Below are positions 1-9,839 of a DNA stretch of 64,000 nucleotides, one piece after another. Made by a program: the position numbers and the translations under genes. The stretch's first letter is position 1; each line of letters begins with the position of its first letter. Source of the stretch: Nitrospirota bacterium (GTDB lineage: Bacteria > Nitrospirota > UBA9217); the NCBI GenBank assembly GCA_963751455.1, contig CAVVUN010000015.1, positions 1,152,001 to 1,216,000 on the forward strand. The letters are read 5' to 3'. Below the pieces are notes generated by a model, which saw only the letters and a program-made list of their open reading frames with translations, did no database searches and had not been told where the DNA came from.

Positions 1-485
1 AAGCGGCCGCTCTCCACGTTCACGGCGGTCACCACAACCTGGCAATGCGTATTCAGCCTCTTCGGGTCTACGGCTTTCTGCAAGGTAGCTCTGAGCGGGT
101 GGGTATCATAAATGCTGTTTGTGGTGAAAGGAGCGAAGACGGGATTATAGACGTACTCGGGGCGCAGGCGGTACATGCCCTGATTGCCCAGTATTGACAG
201 GAGCTGCTGGAACTTCTGTGGTATAAAATCGTATGCAAGTTCGAAAAAGGCAGGCAGGGGCGCGAGTTCGGCGAAATCAACGCGCCAGATTTTGTCCAGA
301 ACATCAAGGGGGTTTTCGGCTCCGGCCAGTATGGCCGCATTTACCGCTCCGATGGAAATTCCGGTGATCACATCAGGTTTGAAACCAGGGCGGGACTTGA
401 AGAGCTCTTTCATAACGCCATATTCATACGCCCCCAGGGCTCCTCCGCCCTGCAGAACAATTGCCGTGTATATATCTTTTTCCAT
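1..485 (-). CDS. Patatin-like phospholipase (3' end runs off the window)
   Basis: Hand-translated from ATG at 485 (SD GGAGG upstream): MEKDIYTAIVLQGGGALGAYEYGV...DVITGISIGAVNAA. It has the glycine-rich GGGxxG and the GxSxG nucleophile motifs. Absent from the ORF track because it has no stop in the window. Confidence 0.88.
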   Translation of the reverse strand, partial: MEKDIYTAIVLQGGGALGAYEYGVMKELFKSRPGFKPDVITGISIGAVNAAILAGAENPLDVLDKIWRVDFAELAPLPAFFELAYDFIPQKFQQLLSILGNQGMYRLRPEYVYNPVFAPFTTNSIYDTHPLRATLQKAVDPKRLNTHCQVVVTAVNVESGR

Positions 486-852
486 AGTTCCCTCCAATCA
501 AAGCAAACGTTAATTATTTCTTTTTATAGAGTAACACAACTTCGATCATGGACGGAACGTGTGGTCAGATTTTACAGGAGGAAAAAGTAAGAGATGACGT
601 GCGCGTTCGGCTGCGCCTTTTCAGTTTCCCGAGGGCATTTACGTTGTATAATCAGGCAGCGAGAGGAGTCCCATGTCACGTCCAAGGTCAATTCATTTAA
701 ATATAGTGATCCGGAAAATATAAAGCCTCTGGTATTGGAAACCAAAGGGAGGGAAAAGAGATATACTTAAGGGAATAAAAGCAACAATCCCGAATGCCGG
801 GCATTTTCCCCCTGACCCCCGATATTTCAAATAATATAGCGATTCGTGCCAT

Positions 853-1822
853 CATGAGACATATGCACCTGAGAGAACGCATCGTTCAACTTCTTATTGT
901 CTTCCTTTATATGATTCTATTGCCGGGGCAGGCGTGTCCCTCGGACATTCTCGCTCAAAATGAAGGTATCGACCGGGCAGCTGCCAGACCAGAACCGGCC
1001 GGCCGCTTCTACAACCCTCCGATTATTGAGCCGCGCGAGGGCGGCGGATTGCTCATCTATTTTCCTGCCGGAGATCTCTATCCGCCGTATGCAGCTGATC
1101 CGGTTCGTATGGGGCTGGCTGTTGAACCGGTCACTGTTACGAAGGTCGGCATCGAGAATACCAGCAATAAGCGGATCAATCTCAGCGCCGGGGCGGAAAT
1201 GCCTTTCATACGGTCCCAGAGGGGCGATCAGCCGGACGTCGGCTGGCAGCTTACCCTTGTAGGGGGTTTCAACGACCAGAATGATGTCGGCATACATCTG
1301 GACAACATCGGATGGGACGGACATTACGGATTGATGGTGAATATCGCACCGCAATCCGGACTCGCATTCAAACTGGCCCTGCTCCATATATCCAGCCACG
1401 TGGGCGATGAGTTCGCGGAGAGGACAGGCAGGACGCGTATCGGATACACCCGTCAGGAAGCGGCTGCCGGCATAAGCTGGATCATATCGAAACGGTGGCG
1501 CATCTATTCGGAAGCAGGGGATGCATTTGATCTCGGCAACGAGGAACTCCAGAAAAAATGGAGGACACAACACGGGCTCGAATACGAGTCAGGCCCCTGG
1601 CTGTGGAAAGGCCGGATTGCATGGTATGCCGGGGTCGACGTGCAGCGCATGCAGGAGAGGAATTGGCACAATGATACAGCGGCCCAGTTGGGACTCGTTC
1701 TCCGTTCGCTTGGAAGAACCGTCCGGGTCGCCGTGTCCCTGTACAACGGGAGGCCGCCGATAGGGGAGTTTTTCCAGCACACTGAAAGCTACAGGAGCTA
1801 TGGTCTTTGGATAGATTTCTGA
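853..1822 (+). CDS. DUF1207-like outer-membrane/exported protein
   Basis: ORF 794..1822 with signal-like N-terminus, HISSHVGDE motif and C-terminal aromatic residue (WIDF). Start codon uncertain. Confidence 0.65.
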
Positions 1823-1912
1823 AATATTATTAAAACGACTGAATGCGCGCAACGAGGAAAGAAGGCTTATTCAATAAAGGTTGAATCGAGTCCAGAGCTT
1901 AAGAGAATATTA

Positions 1913-2674
1913 TTAATTACCCGCCAACGCAATGCCTTTCATGATGTCGTCCCAGATAAACTGCCGGATGAAGTCCTGATCTCTCGGCGCAATGTCAACG
2001 AACCGCAGTCCAATACCGGATTCCAGGTCTGGTCCGCAGCCGGCCTGGCAGTTGTAAAGGACCACCGCGTCAGCAGCAATAGTGCGGCCGTTCAGGTTCA
2101 ACTCGAGCGAAAGTTCGGTATTGACTGAAAGAGGGTTCATTGTTCTCAGGAACATGCCGCCGTCCGATAGGGCCAGCGTATATGCGCCGTAGAGGCTCTC
2201 CTGTGCCTGGCCGTACACCTTTACGGGCTGCACAGTCCGGACCCGGATGCTCGCCCGCGGATTTTTCTCCATCGCAACCTGAACTGTCCGATACAGCGTT
2301 TCGGCCTTGATCGGCCGCCAGAGACAGCCGACTGCGCCAAGTTCAAAGCACCGGTCTTGTATGTTCCGGTCGTGTTGCTGCATAAGCCCGATGAGAGGTA
2401 TGTGAAGAGTGGCACTGTTACGGGTGAGCTCGTGCATCAGGTCGAATACGTTGACATCGGGAAGGTCGACGGCAATTAGGATAAGACAGGGCACATCGCG
2501 TTTGGCAACAGCAACCGCTTCTTTGCCGGTCGTTGCCTTAAGAACGTGATAGCCGAACCGTCCAAGAAGGATAGAGACGCAGGAGAGGCTGTAAGGGGCA
2601 TGGTCCGCAACCAGCACGGATAGTCTTTTTCGATTGGATTTTTTTTGCGGAATTCCTGCTTTTTGTTCCGTCAT
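1913..2674 (-). CDS. Atypical response regulator receiver + PilZ domain protein
   Basis: N-terminal REC-like fold, then RxxxR (RASIR) and xLSxGG (ALSDGG) PilZ motifs. Paralogue of 23756..24541. Confidence 0.8.
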   Translation of the reverse strand: MTEQKAGIPQKKSNRKRLSVLVADHAPYSLSCVSILLGRFGYHVLKATTGKEAVAVAKRDVPCLILIAVDLPDVNVFDLMHELTRNSATLHIPLIGLMQQHDRNIQDRCFELGAVGCLWRPIKAETLYRTVQVAMEKNPRASIRVRTVQPVKVYGQAQESLYGAYTLALSDGGMFLRTMNPLSVNTELSLELNLNGRTIAADAVVLYNCQAGCGPDLESGIGLRFVDIAPRDQDFIRQFIWDDIMKGIALAGN

Positions 2675-2840
2675 CCCGGACTCCCGGAAAAAATACCCCG
2701 AAAAAACGACCTGTTAAGTGTTTCCTGGTTTAGTCGCTATTTACAAACTTAGTCTACTATAGAAAGAAAGCCGGTGTCAAGGCAATCAGTCAAACGATAA
2801 ATACAGAATCTTACACCTAACGCGGCCTCTGGCCGCAACC

Positions 2841-2979
2841 AACGGTGACGTCTAAGGGTTACGAAGCCCGTATCGTCAAGCGTCGAGCGGAAGGATTTAA
2901 GCCCAACGACGAAGCCTTTAGAGATGAAACGGGCCTCGCCTGCACCCGCGTTTTCGCAAGAGCAGGGTGTTACCGTTAC
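2841..2979. repeat. Long imperfect hairpin carrying a short module-A insertion
   Basis: AACGGTGAC pairs with GTTACCGTT, and GAAGCCCGTATCGTC with GATGAAACGGGCCTC. GCCTGCACCC...GCAGGGT (2938-2968) interrupts the right arm. Confidence 0.55.
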
Positions 2980-3119
2980 CGAACGACGAAAACCATTTAA
3001 CCCAAAAAAAGCATTTGGGACGCAGAAAAATCGGATAAACGCAATAAGGTCGGATAAAAAACGTTCTTGTATCGTAAAAGCAGTCACCCTGCGGGTGAAT
3101 TTTTTTCTCTAAAAATTCT

Positions 3120-3287
3120 GTAACTACTCAGGTCACTTTTTTATCCGCAGATTACGCAGATTTCGCAGATAAAAACAAAACCAGAATTCCGGTTTTAGAA
3201 TCTGCGTCAATCTGCGAAATCTGCGGATAGAAGGGCTTTTTCTTAGATTTGTCTTAATGCTGTTCTGAAAAGAAGCTGAATAGTTAC
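3120..3287. mobile_element. 168-bp MITE, copy 1
   Basis: Terminal inverted repeats GTAACTACTCAG / CTGAATAGTTAC (11 of 12 match), flanked by 8-bp direct repeat AAAATTCT (3112-3119 and 3288-3295). Near-identical to 35148-35315. Confidence 0.92.
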
Positions 3288-3391
3288 AAAATTCTTTTGT
3301 TTGATCTGCGGTTATCTGCGTTCATCGCGTCCAACTGCCGTTTTCAGGATTAAACATTTGCGCGAATGTGCCACTTTCAGAGAATGACATA

Positions 3392-4417
3392 TTACACCAC
3401 GTGGTCGGCGCACGCCAGGAAGGCCTTTGCATTGCGAAGAGGCGTATCGGGCGGAAGATCGCAGGAGGGCATGAGAATGAACTTCCGGAAGGGATCGGAA
3501 ATCCCCGACATCGCTTCGGAAACCGAGTCGCACAGAACGGCCGGGTCGCCGCCGAAAACGTTTTTGATCACATCCACGTTGCCCGCGGTGACGAGCTGCC
3601 GCGGGCTGTACATATTGTAGACCTCGGAAAGGGATACGCCGGCATCGAGGGATATGCAGTCCGCGCCGGTCTCGGGGTAAAGGGAAACCTGGGAGCTGAT
3701 ATTGCCGCATTGATGCATGAACCCCGCGACCCCGCGTTTCTTCATTTGTTCGAAAAGCTTCTTTTCGCAGGGCAGGACGACCTCGCGGTAAAGATCCATT
3801 GGAATGAGCGTAGCAGCGCCGTCGGATATCACGATGCCGTCGATTGCACCCTGTTCTATGAGAGGTATGAACAGGGCGGACGAAAGGCGAACCCCGAGTT
3901 CGCATACTTCCCGGATAAACTCCCGGTCCGTCATCGTTTTTTCCTGGAGCAGGTTCCAGTCGCACAGGATCATGGCCCACGTGTACGGGCCCCAGGAAGT
4001 GACGCAGAGAAAGCGTTCAGGCAGCCGTTTTCTGAGGCGGCCGATCATCTCGACGAGCGCGAGGGAATGTGGAGAATCCGCGAGATTCACCTTTTCGAAA
4101 TAACGGGCGTCTTCCGTTTTGCTGATCAGCGGGTGCGCCAGCAGCGGCGCCTGCTCTTCCCGGAAGGCGAGTTCACCGCCGAGGGCCTCGGCCGGGAAGC
4201 TGTTGAGCCCTGAGCCGGGGAAGATAATATCCGTATCGAGCTGGTTGAAAAAGAGAGCGAGCGTCTCTGCATAGCGCTCAGGGTCCCCGGCAAGGTTTTG
4301 CATGCTGAGTCCGGTCTGTCGGTACGACCAACGCCCTGCTCCGAAGAGAGCCCGGGGCAGACGCTTGCTCTTCTCTCCGTGCAGCACTTCCTTGATAAAT
4401 TCCCTCGTGTCCATCAT
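3392..4417 (-). CDS. Uroporphyrinogen decarboxylase / MtaA-CmuA methyltransferase family protein
   Basis: 341 aa with AEALGG, GPYT, HQCG (HxC zinc site), GNVD and C-terminal PSCDLP motifs of the URO-D/MtaA superfamily. Confidence 0.85.
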   Translation of the reverse strand: MMDTREFIKEVLHGEKSKRLPRALFGAGRWSYRQTGLSMQNLAGDPERYAETLALFFNQLDTDIIFPGSGLNSFPAEALGGELAFREEQAPLLAHPLISKTEDARYFEKVNLADSPHSLALVEMIGRLRKRLPERFLCVTSWGPYTWAMILCDWNLLQEKTMTDREFIREVCELGVRLSSALFIPLIEQGAIDGIVISDGAATLIPMDLYREVVLPCEKKLFEQMKKRGVAGFMHQCGNISSQVSLYPETGADCISLDAGVSLSEVYNMYSPRQLVTAGNVDVIKNVFGGDPAVLCDSVSEAMSGISDPFRKFILMPSCDLPPDTPLRNAKAFLACADHVV

Positions 4418-4424
4418 GGCGCCT

Positions 4425-5222
4425 CTATTTCTGCCCTAGATGCCAGCCGCCCACGTTCAGCTCTTTTGAATGGAACTGAGAGCGGTTTTGGACAGGTTCA
4501 ATATGCCATGTCCATGCCGCATCCGGAGCGGGCAGCTTCAGATCCGCTATCGTAGACTCCCTGCTGAATATCGCCCCTTCCCGGTCACGCTTAACGGACT
4601 CAAAGTCGGATACCATACAAACAGGGCAGGCGAGAGACAGTAAAGACGTGTAATGCGATTGCACGATTGCACGGCACCATTCATTGACCTGCTCTCCACT
4701 CAACCCGGGCAGCTGCCTTACAGCGTATTGGCGGGGAATGACCGTGAGCTGCGAAAGTATGTTCAGGGACACTACGAGGTCCGCGTATTCATAGTCTTTC
4801 GGCGAGGCGCATACCGGCTCGGGCAACTCATGAATTCCGTATTGTTTGTTGTTATAAATGCGTTCCGCGATATTCGTCACATCGTGCTCGATAAACCGTG
4901 CGTTCTCATGCTGTTTCAGGATTTTACGAACTTCGGGCAGGCAGACGACGTCCATCAGGATAACCTCGCGGAACAGCGAGGCAATCTCGGATAGCGGAAC
5001 ATCAAGCAGGAGACCCGAGCCCAGAATAACGACCGTGTTTCTCTTTTTGCATTTCTCTGCTATGGACAACACGAACCCACGCGTCCTGTCAAGATGAGGC
5101 TGCCATGCGTCCTGCCGCTGTCGATACCTGTTCCGCATGGCGATAGCCTCATCGAGATACCCCATTGCACGGATATACGGAGAACAGGAAGCTGTTAAAG
5201 AGGTAAAGAGGTCCAGAAGCAT
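4425..5222 (-). CDS. Hypothetical protein with Rossmann/SAM-binding-like motif
   Basis: Likely start MLLDLFTSL at 5222, since the ORF-track extension runs through repeat DNA. Motifs VVILGSGLLLD and DLVVSLNILSQL. Lies 7 bp upstream of the URO-D gene. Confidence 0.65.
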   Translation of the reverse strand: MLLDLFTSLTASCSPYIRAMGYLDEAIAMRNRYRQRQDAWQPHLDRTRGFVLSIAEKCKKRNTVVILGSGLLLDVPLSEIASLFREVILMDVVCLPEVRKILKQHENARFIEHDVTNIAERIYNNKQYGIHELPEPVCASPKDYEYADLVVSLNILSQLTVIPRQYAVRQLPGLSGEQVNEWCRAIVQSHYTSLLSLACPVCMVSDFESVKRDREGAIFSRESTIADLKLPAPDAAWTWHIEPVQNRSQFHSKELNVGGWHLGQK

Positions 5223-5235
5223 ATATATGGAAAAC

Positions 5236-5605
5236 ACCCTGCCATGAAGTGCGAGATCCTTGTTTTTTTTCTGCACCACCGGTCCCCAGCGCCGCGCAGA
5301 CATGCCAGAACATCTGCAGTTGTATTTGCAAAACAGCCACCCAGCCAGCACCCAGCGACTACGAGTGCGATGGCGCGAGTGCAGGGTGTGCGCTGAGCTT
5401 CGCTGCGCTGCGCACAATACTTAGACTCATTGTTGTACCCTCTCACTGAGAAACATGCGAGGGGAATCAAGGACCGCATGCACGGTTTGTGGTTTGCCGA
5501 CTCTGCTGCCGGTCATGTAAAGCGCGAACGCTGGTCACACCCCATACTCGCGGTTCCACTCGTAACTATCGGGTGCAGGCGGGATGCAGGGGTGTCTGGA
5601 AAAAC
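5236..5605. repeat. Mosaic palindromic repeat (module D carrying two A and one B insertions)
   Basis: Blocks match 22561-22821 and the reverse complement of 10783-11000. A at 5344-5387 and 5539-5580, B (reverse) at 5419-5475. Confidence 0.8.
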
Positions 5606-5730
5606 GAAAAAAAATATTAAAGAGTGTGACTGCGCGCTTGCGTAGTTTGTAATTGCCACGCATGACATTGATAATCACGGTTTAAGAAAAAACCGAAAGA
5701 ACTGGCGTTTTCATCCGTGTCAATCAGTGG

Positions 5731-6396
5731 CTAAACTAATTCTTTCTCTTCCGATCGGAGGCGCACGTTGTCCAGGATATGCACCCCGGGCTCGTCCGCA
5801 TCGGCGGAACGCACCAGTGCTGCTGCAACCTGGGAAGCATACACCGGCCGCCATGTCGACGGCGCCAACCAGCCGACCTTTTTGGCAAGTTCTTCACCGA
5901 AACGACGCTTGGGCCTTTCACCCAGAAGCAGCGACGGCCGGGCAATCGTAACCGAGGGATAATCGAGGGCCAGAATGGCTTCTTCCAGTTCTCCTTTTAC
6001 GCGGTTGTAGAAGAAGACCGATTTTGCGTCGGCGCCGAGCGCGCTCACGAAGAGAAAGTGGCGGGCGCCTTGGGCACGCGCTGCTTTTGCGATCGCAAGG
6101 GTATATTCGAAATCAACACGGTGGAAAGCCTCTTGAGAGCCTGCCTGGTGGATGGTGGTGCCGAGGGCGCTGAATACCAGGTCCGCTTTGAACCAGTCGG
6201 GATGGTCCTGCAAATGATCAAAGTCGATCCTGCATTCACGGACCAGCGGCTTCCTGTCCTCATCCCGCAGGGAACGGCGGACCAAGGCCCTCACTTCCTC
6301 CATCCCTTCATGCTCCGAAAGAAGGCGAAGGATTTGCCGGCCCACGAGTCCTGTGGCGCCGGCCAGCACCGCAACCTGCTTCTCTTTTGTCTTCAT
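5731..6396 (-). CDS. NAD(P)-binding oxidoreductase, YraR/TIP30-like
   Basis: GATGLVG Rossmann motif, SALGTT, VSALGAD...FYNRVKGELE, RPSLLLG. Confidence 0.88.
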   Translation of the reverse strand: MKTKEKQVAVLAGATGLVGRQILRLLSEHEGMEEVRALVRRSLRDEDRKPLVRECRIDFDHLQDHPDWFKADLVFSALGTTIHQAGSQEAFHRVDFEYTLAIAKAARAQGARHFLFVSALGADAKSVFFYNRVKGELEEAILALDYPSVTIARPSLLLGERPKRRFGEELAKKVGWLAPSTWRPVYASQVAAALVRSADADEPGVHILDNVRLRSEEKELV

Positions 6397-6406
6397 TTGC
6401 GTTACC

Positions 6407-6838
6407 TCATGGAGCCGAGTATGTCAAGGTGCTTCTCAGGGCTGCGAGAACCAGGCAGACAGCTGTCAGGGTCGAAACAATTGCGGGGGCCGCAAAAAAG
6501 TTAGTCCAGCACAGAACCGCGACAGCTGCCTGGGCCACTGCAAAAGGCCAGGCCAGTTTCCGCACAGTCTGCGGCGTTTCCTTGACCATGCTGCCGAGCT
6601 GCCAGGAGAACACCGCGGAAAACAGGAGAAACACGGTCACGAGCAGGCCGAACCCGAAGTAAAAATCCCAAAGGCTGCGGCTGGCTCCCATGACATCGAA
6701 CCGGACCGTGCGCATGCCGGAAATTACAATGTCAACTCCTAATCCTTTGCTTGACTGGCGGAACATCCCGAACGTGTGGGTCAAACCGAAAAAGAACAGA
6801 AGACAGGAAGAAACTTTATAGAGCAGGGATGCTTTCAT
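6407..6838 (-). CDS. Hypothetical membrane protein (about 4 TM)
   Basis: 143-aa hydrophobic ORF with SD AGGAGG, apparently co-transcribed with the oxidoreductase. Confidence 0.75.
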   Translation of the reverse strand: MKASLLYKVSSCLLFFFGLTHTFGMFRQSSKGLGVDIVISGMRTVRFDVMGASRSLWDFYFGFGLLVTVFLLFSAVFSWQLGSMVKETPQTVRKLAWPFAVAQAAVAVLCWTNFFAAPAIVSTLTAVCLVLAALRSTLTYSAP

Positions 6839-6909
6839 GGTATTCCTCCTTATAATTTGGAAAAGTATAGCTGAATTCCAAGACGAGATAAAGCTTAAAA
6901 AGATATAAT

Positions 6910-7225
6910 GCCACGAGGCACACCCTGCACTTGCGCAATGCTCAGAATCATCGTTGTACCCTTTTGTTAATACCCGAACGGTGAATCAAGGACCTCATTA
7001 TCGTACCATCTCGCTGAGTAACGCTTAGCCCCTGTTGACATCGCACTGAGAAACCTGCGGCGGGACTCAGGACCGGAGAGCCTGCATTGTAATTGCCACG
7101 GATGACACTGATGACCACGGAATAAAGAAAAAGCACAACTACGGATGGTTCATCCGTGTAAATCCGCCTGCACCCAGCGTTTACGAGTGCACAGCGCGAG
7201 TGCAGGGTTGTGTCCATCAGCGGTT
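6910..7225. repeat. Mosaic repeat: stacked module-B copies plus module A inside a 9-nt-period hairpin
   Basis: Reverse B copies end at GAATCAAGGACC (about 6994) and GACTCAGGACC (about 7074). A at 7166-7208 interrupts AATCC^GTGTCCATC. Confidence 0.75.
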
Positions 7226-7243
7226 AAATACATTTATTCGAGT

Positions 7244-9643
7244 TTACCCGGGAAGCTCTTCCCAGAAATCCGAAACTTCCTTTAAAATGCCATCGGAAAC
7301 GCGTTCAGTCACAAGGGACTCGAACCAGTCCTTCGGCATGGATCGGGTATAGTCGGACTGAACAAAGCGCTTGTCCATGAGGATTATGAGGCCACGGTCC
7401 GTTTCCGAGCGGATGACCCTCCCTGCGGCCTGGACAGCTTTCGCCATTGCCGGGATCGTGTACGCGTATTCGAAGCCCTGGCCGTAGCGGCGTTCGTAGT
7501 ACTCGCGCATTTTTTCGCGTTCGAGATCGAAATTCGGAAGCGGAGGCCCGACAACAAAGACGCCGATTGCCATATCCCCGGGATAGTCCACGCCCTCCGA
7601 AAACATGCCGCCCTGCACTCCAAACAGGATGGTAGGGGTTCCCAGCCGCAATTGCTCCAGCACGGCCTCCACACGGGGCGCTTTCATATCGCGCTCCTGC
7701 TTCAGTACGATGAAACCCACGGACGGCTGGAACAGGCCGAGCACCCGCTCGAGGAACTCGAAGCTCGGGAAGAAGGCGAAATAATTTCCGCGGCGCAAAG
7801 CAATTATCCGTTGAATGACATCCGCTATCCTGGGATAATTGCGCTCGCGGTCCGGGTATCGGGTCGAGACCTGCGGAATGATCAGGAGTTTGCGGTTTTC
7901 CCTCGGAAAAGGACTTTGAAATTCGGCGGTCTTAACGGCATCGGGATCCAGTCCGCAGAGCCTGGCATAATAATCGAACGGCTTTATTGTGGCGGAAAAA
8001 GCGACCACCTGTGCGTATGCATCATAACAGTCCTTCAGCATGGCGGACGCGTCGCAGCAGGTGATCTTGACAATGCCGCCGGTGGGATGGGGATGAAAGG
8101 TCACGAAGAATTCCTGCCTGTCCGGGTTGGCCGCGTATGCGAGCGCTTCCGTGAACTCGGACCAGGAGAAGCAGAGCCGCATCACGACGTCGCGCGGCTG
8201 GATTTCCAGGTCCGAATCGAGATACCGGGAAAGGAAGGCGCGCAGTTTTACATCCTGCTCCAGGAACGGGTCCAGCGGAGGAGTGATGGCCGAGGGTCTT
8301 GAATCGTCTTCCGGCCTGCAGGAAACGATCGCCTCTCTGCAGCCGTCCAGAAGGTCTTCGGCCTCGTGTTGGAACGTTGAAGGCAGCGCCTTGATCTGGT
8401 CCCGCATTAACTCGAGGGTGATCGTGGACAGGGAGGGAGAGTAATAATCCATGGAGCGGGAAGGAAGGTTCTGTGCTTCGTCGATCACCAGGTTCGGTTT
8501 CCCGGCCTGGTCTATTCCCGTCATCGCAAGCCTCCCGAACGACGAGCGCGGGGCAAAAACATAATTGTAATCGCAGATAACGACGTCCGCTTCCTGGGCC
8601 GCATCAAGCTGCAGTTCGAAGGGGCAGACCTGGTACTGCTCGCCCAGGTCACGGAACAAGCGGGCCCTTAATTTCTTCTTCCCGGCGAGCAGGTCCAGGA
8701 TGCCGTGCTCGTGGAGCTTTGAGTAGTAATCGCTCGCGTATTCGCAGTAGTCCGGGTTGCAGAGGGGCTCGTTCTTAAAGCAGATCTTTCCTTTTGCGGT
8801 TATGGTGAGAGCTTTGATCTTCGAGCCCGTCTCCTGAAAGCGGATGACCGCGTCCTCGGCCACGGAATGCTGGCTGTTCTTGGGCGTTATATAGACAGTC
8901 TTCTGGCCGCGTGCCAAGGCCTCTTTCAGCACCGGATAGAGAACTCCTGCGGTTTTACCGAGTCCTGTCGGCGCCTGGATCAGCATGCGGCTGCCTTCGC
9001 GCATTCCCTGTTCTACAGTCTCGATCAGCTCGAACTGGCCGGGGCGCGGGTCCTCGAAGGGGAAGGTGAAGGCGGTGGCGAGCTTCCTGCGGCGGGCCGC
9101 GCGCTTCTCGGCCTTTTGCGACTCGAGGACGAGCTCATCGAGGCGCGCTCCAAGCCATTTCTCGTACAACGGAAGATCCAGGGCCAGTTCGAGATCCCGG
9201 GAATGCCTGGTGCGGCTGGAAACGAGATGAAAGAAAAGCGCCGGAAGGACCTTGTGCTCCAGCCAGGAGAAGTAGCCGTACGTCAGGAGCTGGAGGCAGT
9301 AAGGGTGGGCCATGGGATCGCCGGAGAGAGCGGAGGCGAGCATGCGGATATTGAAAGCGGTCTTGATTTCCTCTATCTTGGGAGGCTCGCGCCTGAAAAT
9401 GCCGTCCATCCGTCCGTCGATCCTGAACCTGTATCCCGAGCGCTCGAATTCCCGGCTGACCGGCACTTCCCGTTCGTACGACGGATCAGCCTTGGCCCTT
9501 TTGTTTTGAACGCGCATGTGGATCTCGCGGCCTTCCAGTGCCGCCTGTCCGTACCCTGAATGCGCCTCGATGCTCCCGGTCCGGGGAACCGGAAATGCGA
9601 AATCTCGGACGGGGAGGGTGATGAGTTTCATTTCAAGCGTCAT
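7244..9643 (-). CDS. DinG/Rad3-family ATP-dependent DNA helicase with N-terminal PD-(D/E)xK nuclease-like domain
   Basis: GRMDG...IEEIKT nuclease motif, Walker A APTGLGKT, FeS cysteines (C-FKNEPL-C-NPDY-C...CPFE), IDEAQN, FSEGVD, QAAGRVIRS. Confidence 0.9.
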   Translation of the reverse strand: MTLEMKLITLPVRDFAFPVPRTGSIEAHSGYGQAALEGREIHMRVQNKRAKADPSYEREVPVSREFERSGYRFRIDGRMDGIFRREPPKIEEIKTAFNIRMLASALSGDPMAHPYCLQLLTYGYFSWLEHKVLPALFFHLVSSRTRHSRDLELALDLPLYEKWLGARLDELVLESQKAEKRAARRRKLATAFTFPFEDPRPGQFELIETVEQGMREGSRMLIQAPTGLGKTAGVLYPVLKEALARGQKTVYITPKNSQHSVAEDAVIRFQETGSKIKALTITAKGKICFKNEPLCNPDYCEYASDYYSKLHEHGILDLLAGKKKLRARLFRDLGEQYQVCPFELQLDAAQEADVVICDYNYVFAPRSSFGRLAMTGIDQAGKPNLVIDEAQNLPSRSMDYYSPSLSTITLELMRDQIKALPSTFQHEAEDLLDGCREAIVSCRPEDDSRPSAITPPLDPFLEQDVKLRAFLSRYLDSDLEIQPRDVVMRLCFSWSEFTEALAYAANPDRQEFFVTFHPHPTGGIVKITCCDASAMLKDCYDAYAQVVAFSATIKPFDYYARLCGLDPDAVKTAEFQSPFPRENRKLLIIPQVSTRYPDRERNYPRIADVIQRIIALRRGNYFAFFPSFEFLERVLGLFQPSVGFIVLKQERDMKAPRVEAVLEQLRLGTPTILFGVQGGMFSEGVDYPGDMAIGVFVVGPPLPNFDLEREKMREYYERRYGQGFEYAYTIPAMAKAVQAAGRVIRSETDRGLIILMDKRFVQSDYTRSMPKDWFESLVTERVSDGILKEVSDFWEELPG

Positions 9644-9839
9644 GTGAGTATACTTCGCATCTTCGTGATAAGTGAGAACCCATTTTTTTATCCTTCATGC
9701 TAAGGCAATGCGGCATAAGTGTCAAGCGATCACGCATTCTGCGGGGGGCCGATCTCGCCCCTAAAATTTTATTGCATTTGCAGCATAATTTTATTATCCT
9801 CAGGAAAAGTGACGAATTGCTCGGAAAGAGGTTTTTTCC

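Noticed and set aside
673-723. 16-codon ORF MSRPRSIHLNIVIRKI after an AGGAG SD
   Set aside because: Too short and without supporting features. It may be a remnant.
3368-4213. Long antisense ORFs (for example 3368..4213, 14758..15708, 15775..16722, 55397..56302)
   Set aside because: They are shadows of well-supported genes on the opposite strand, as expected at this GC content.
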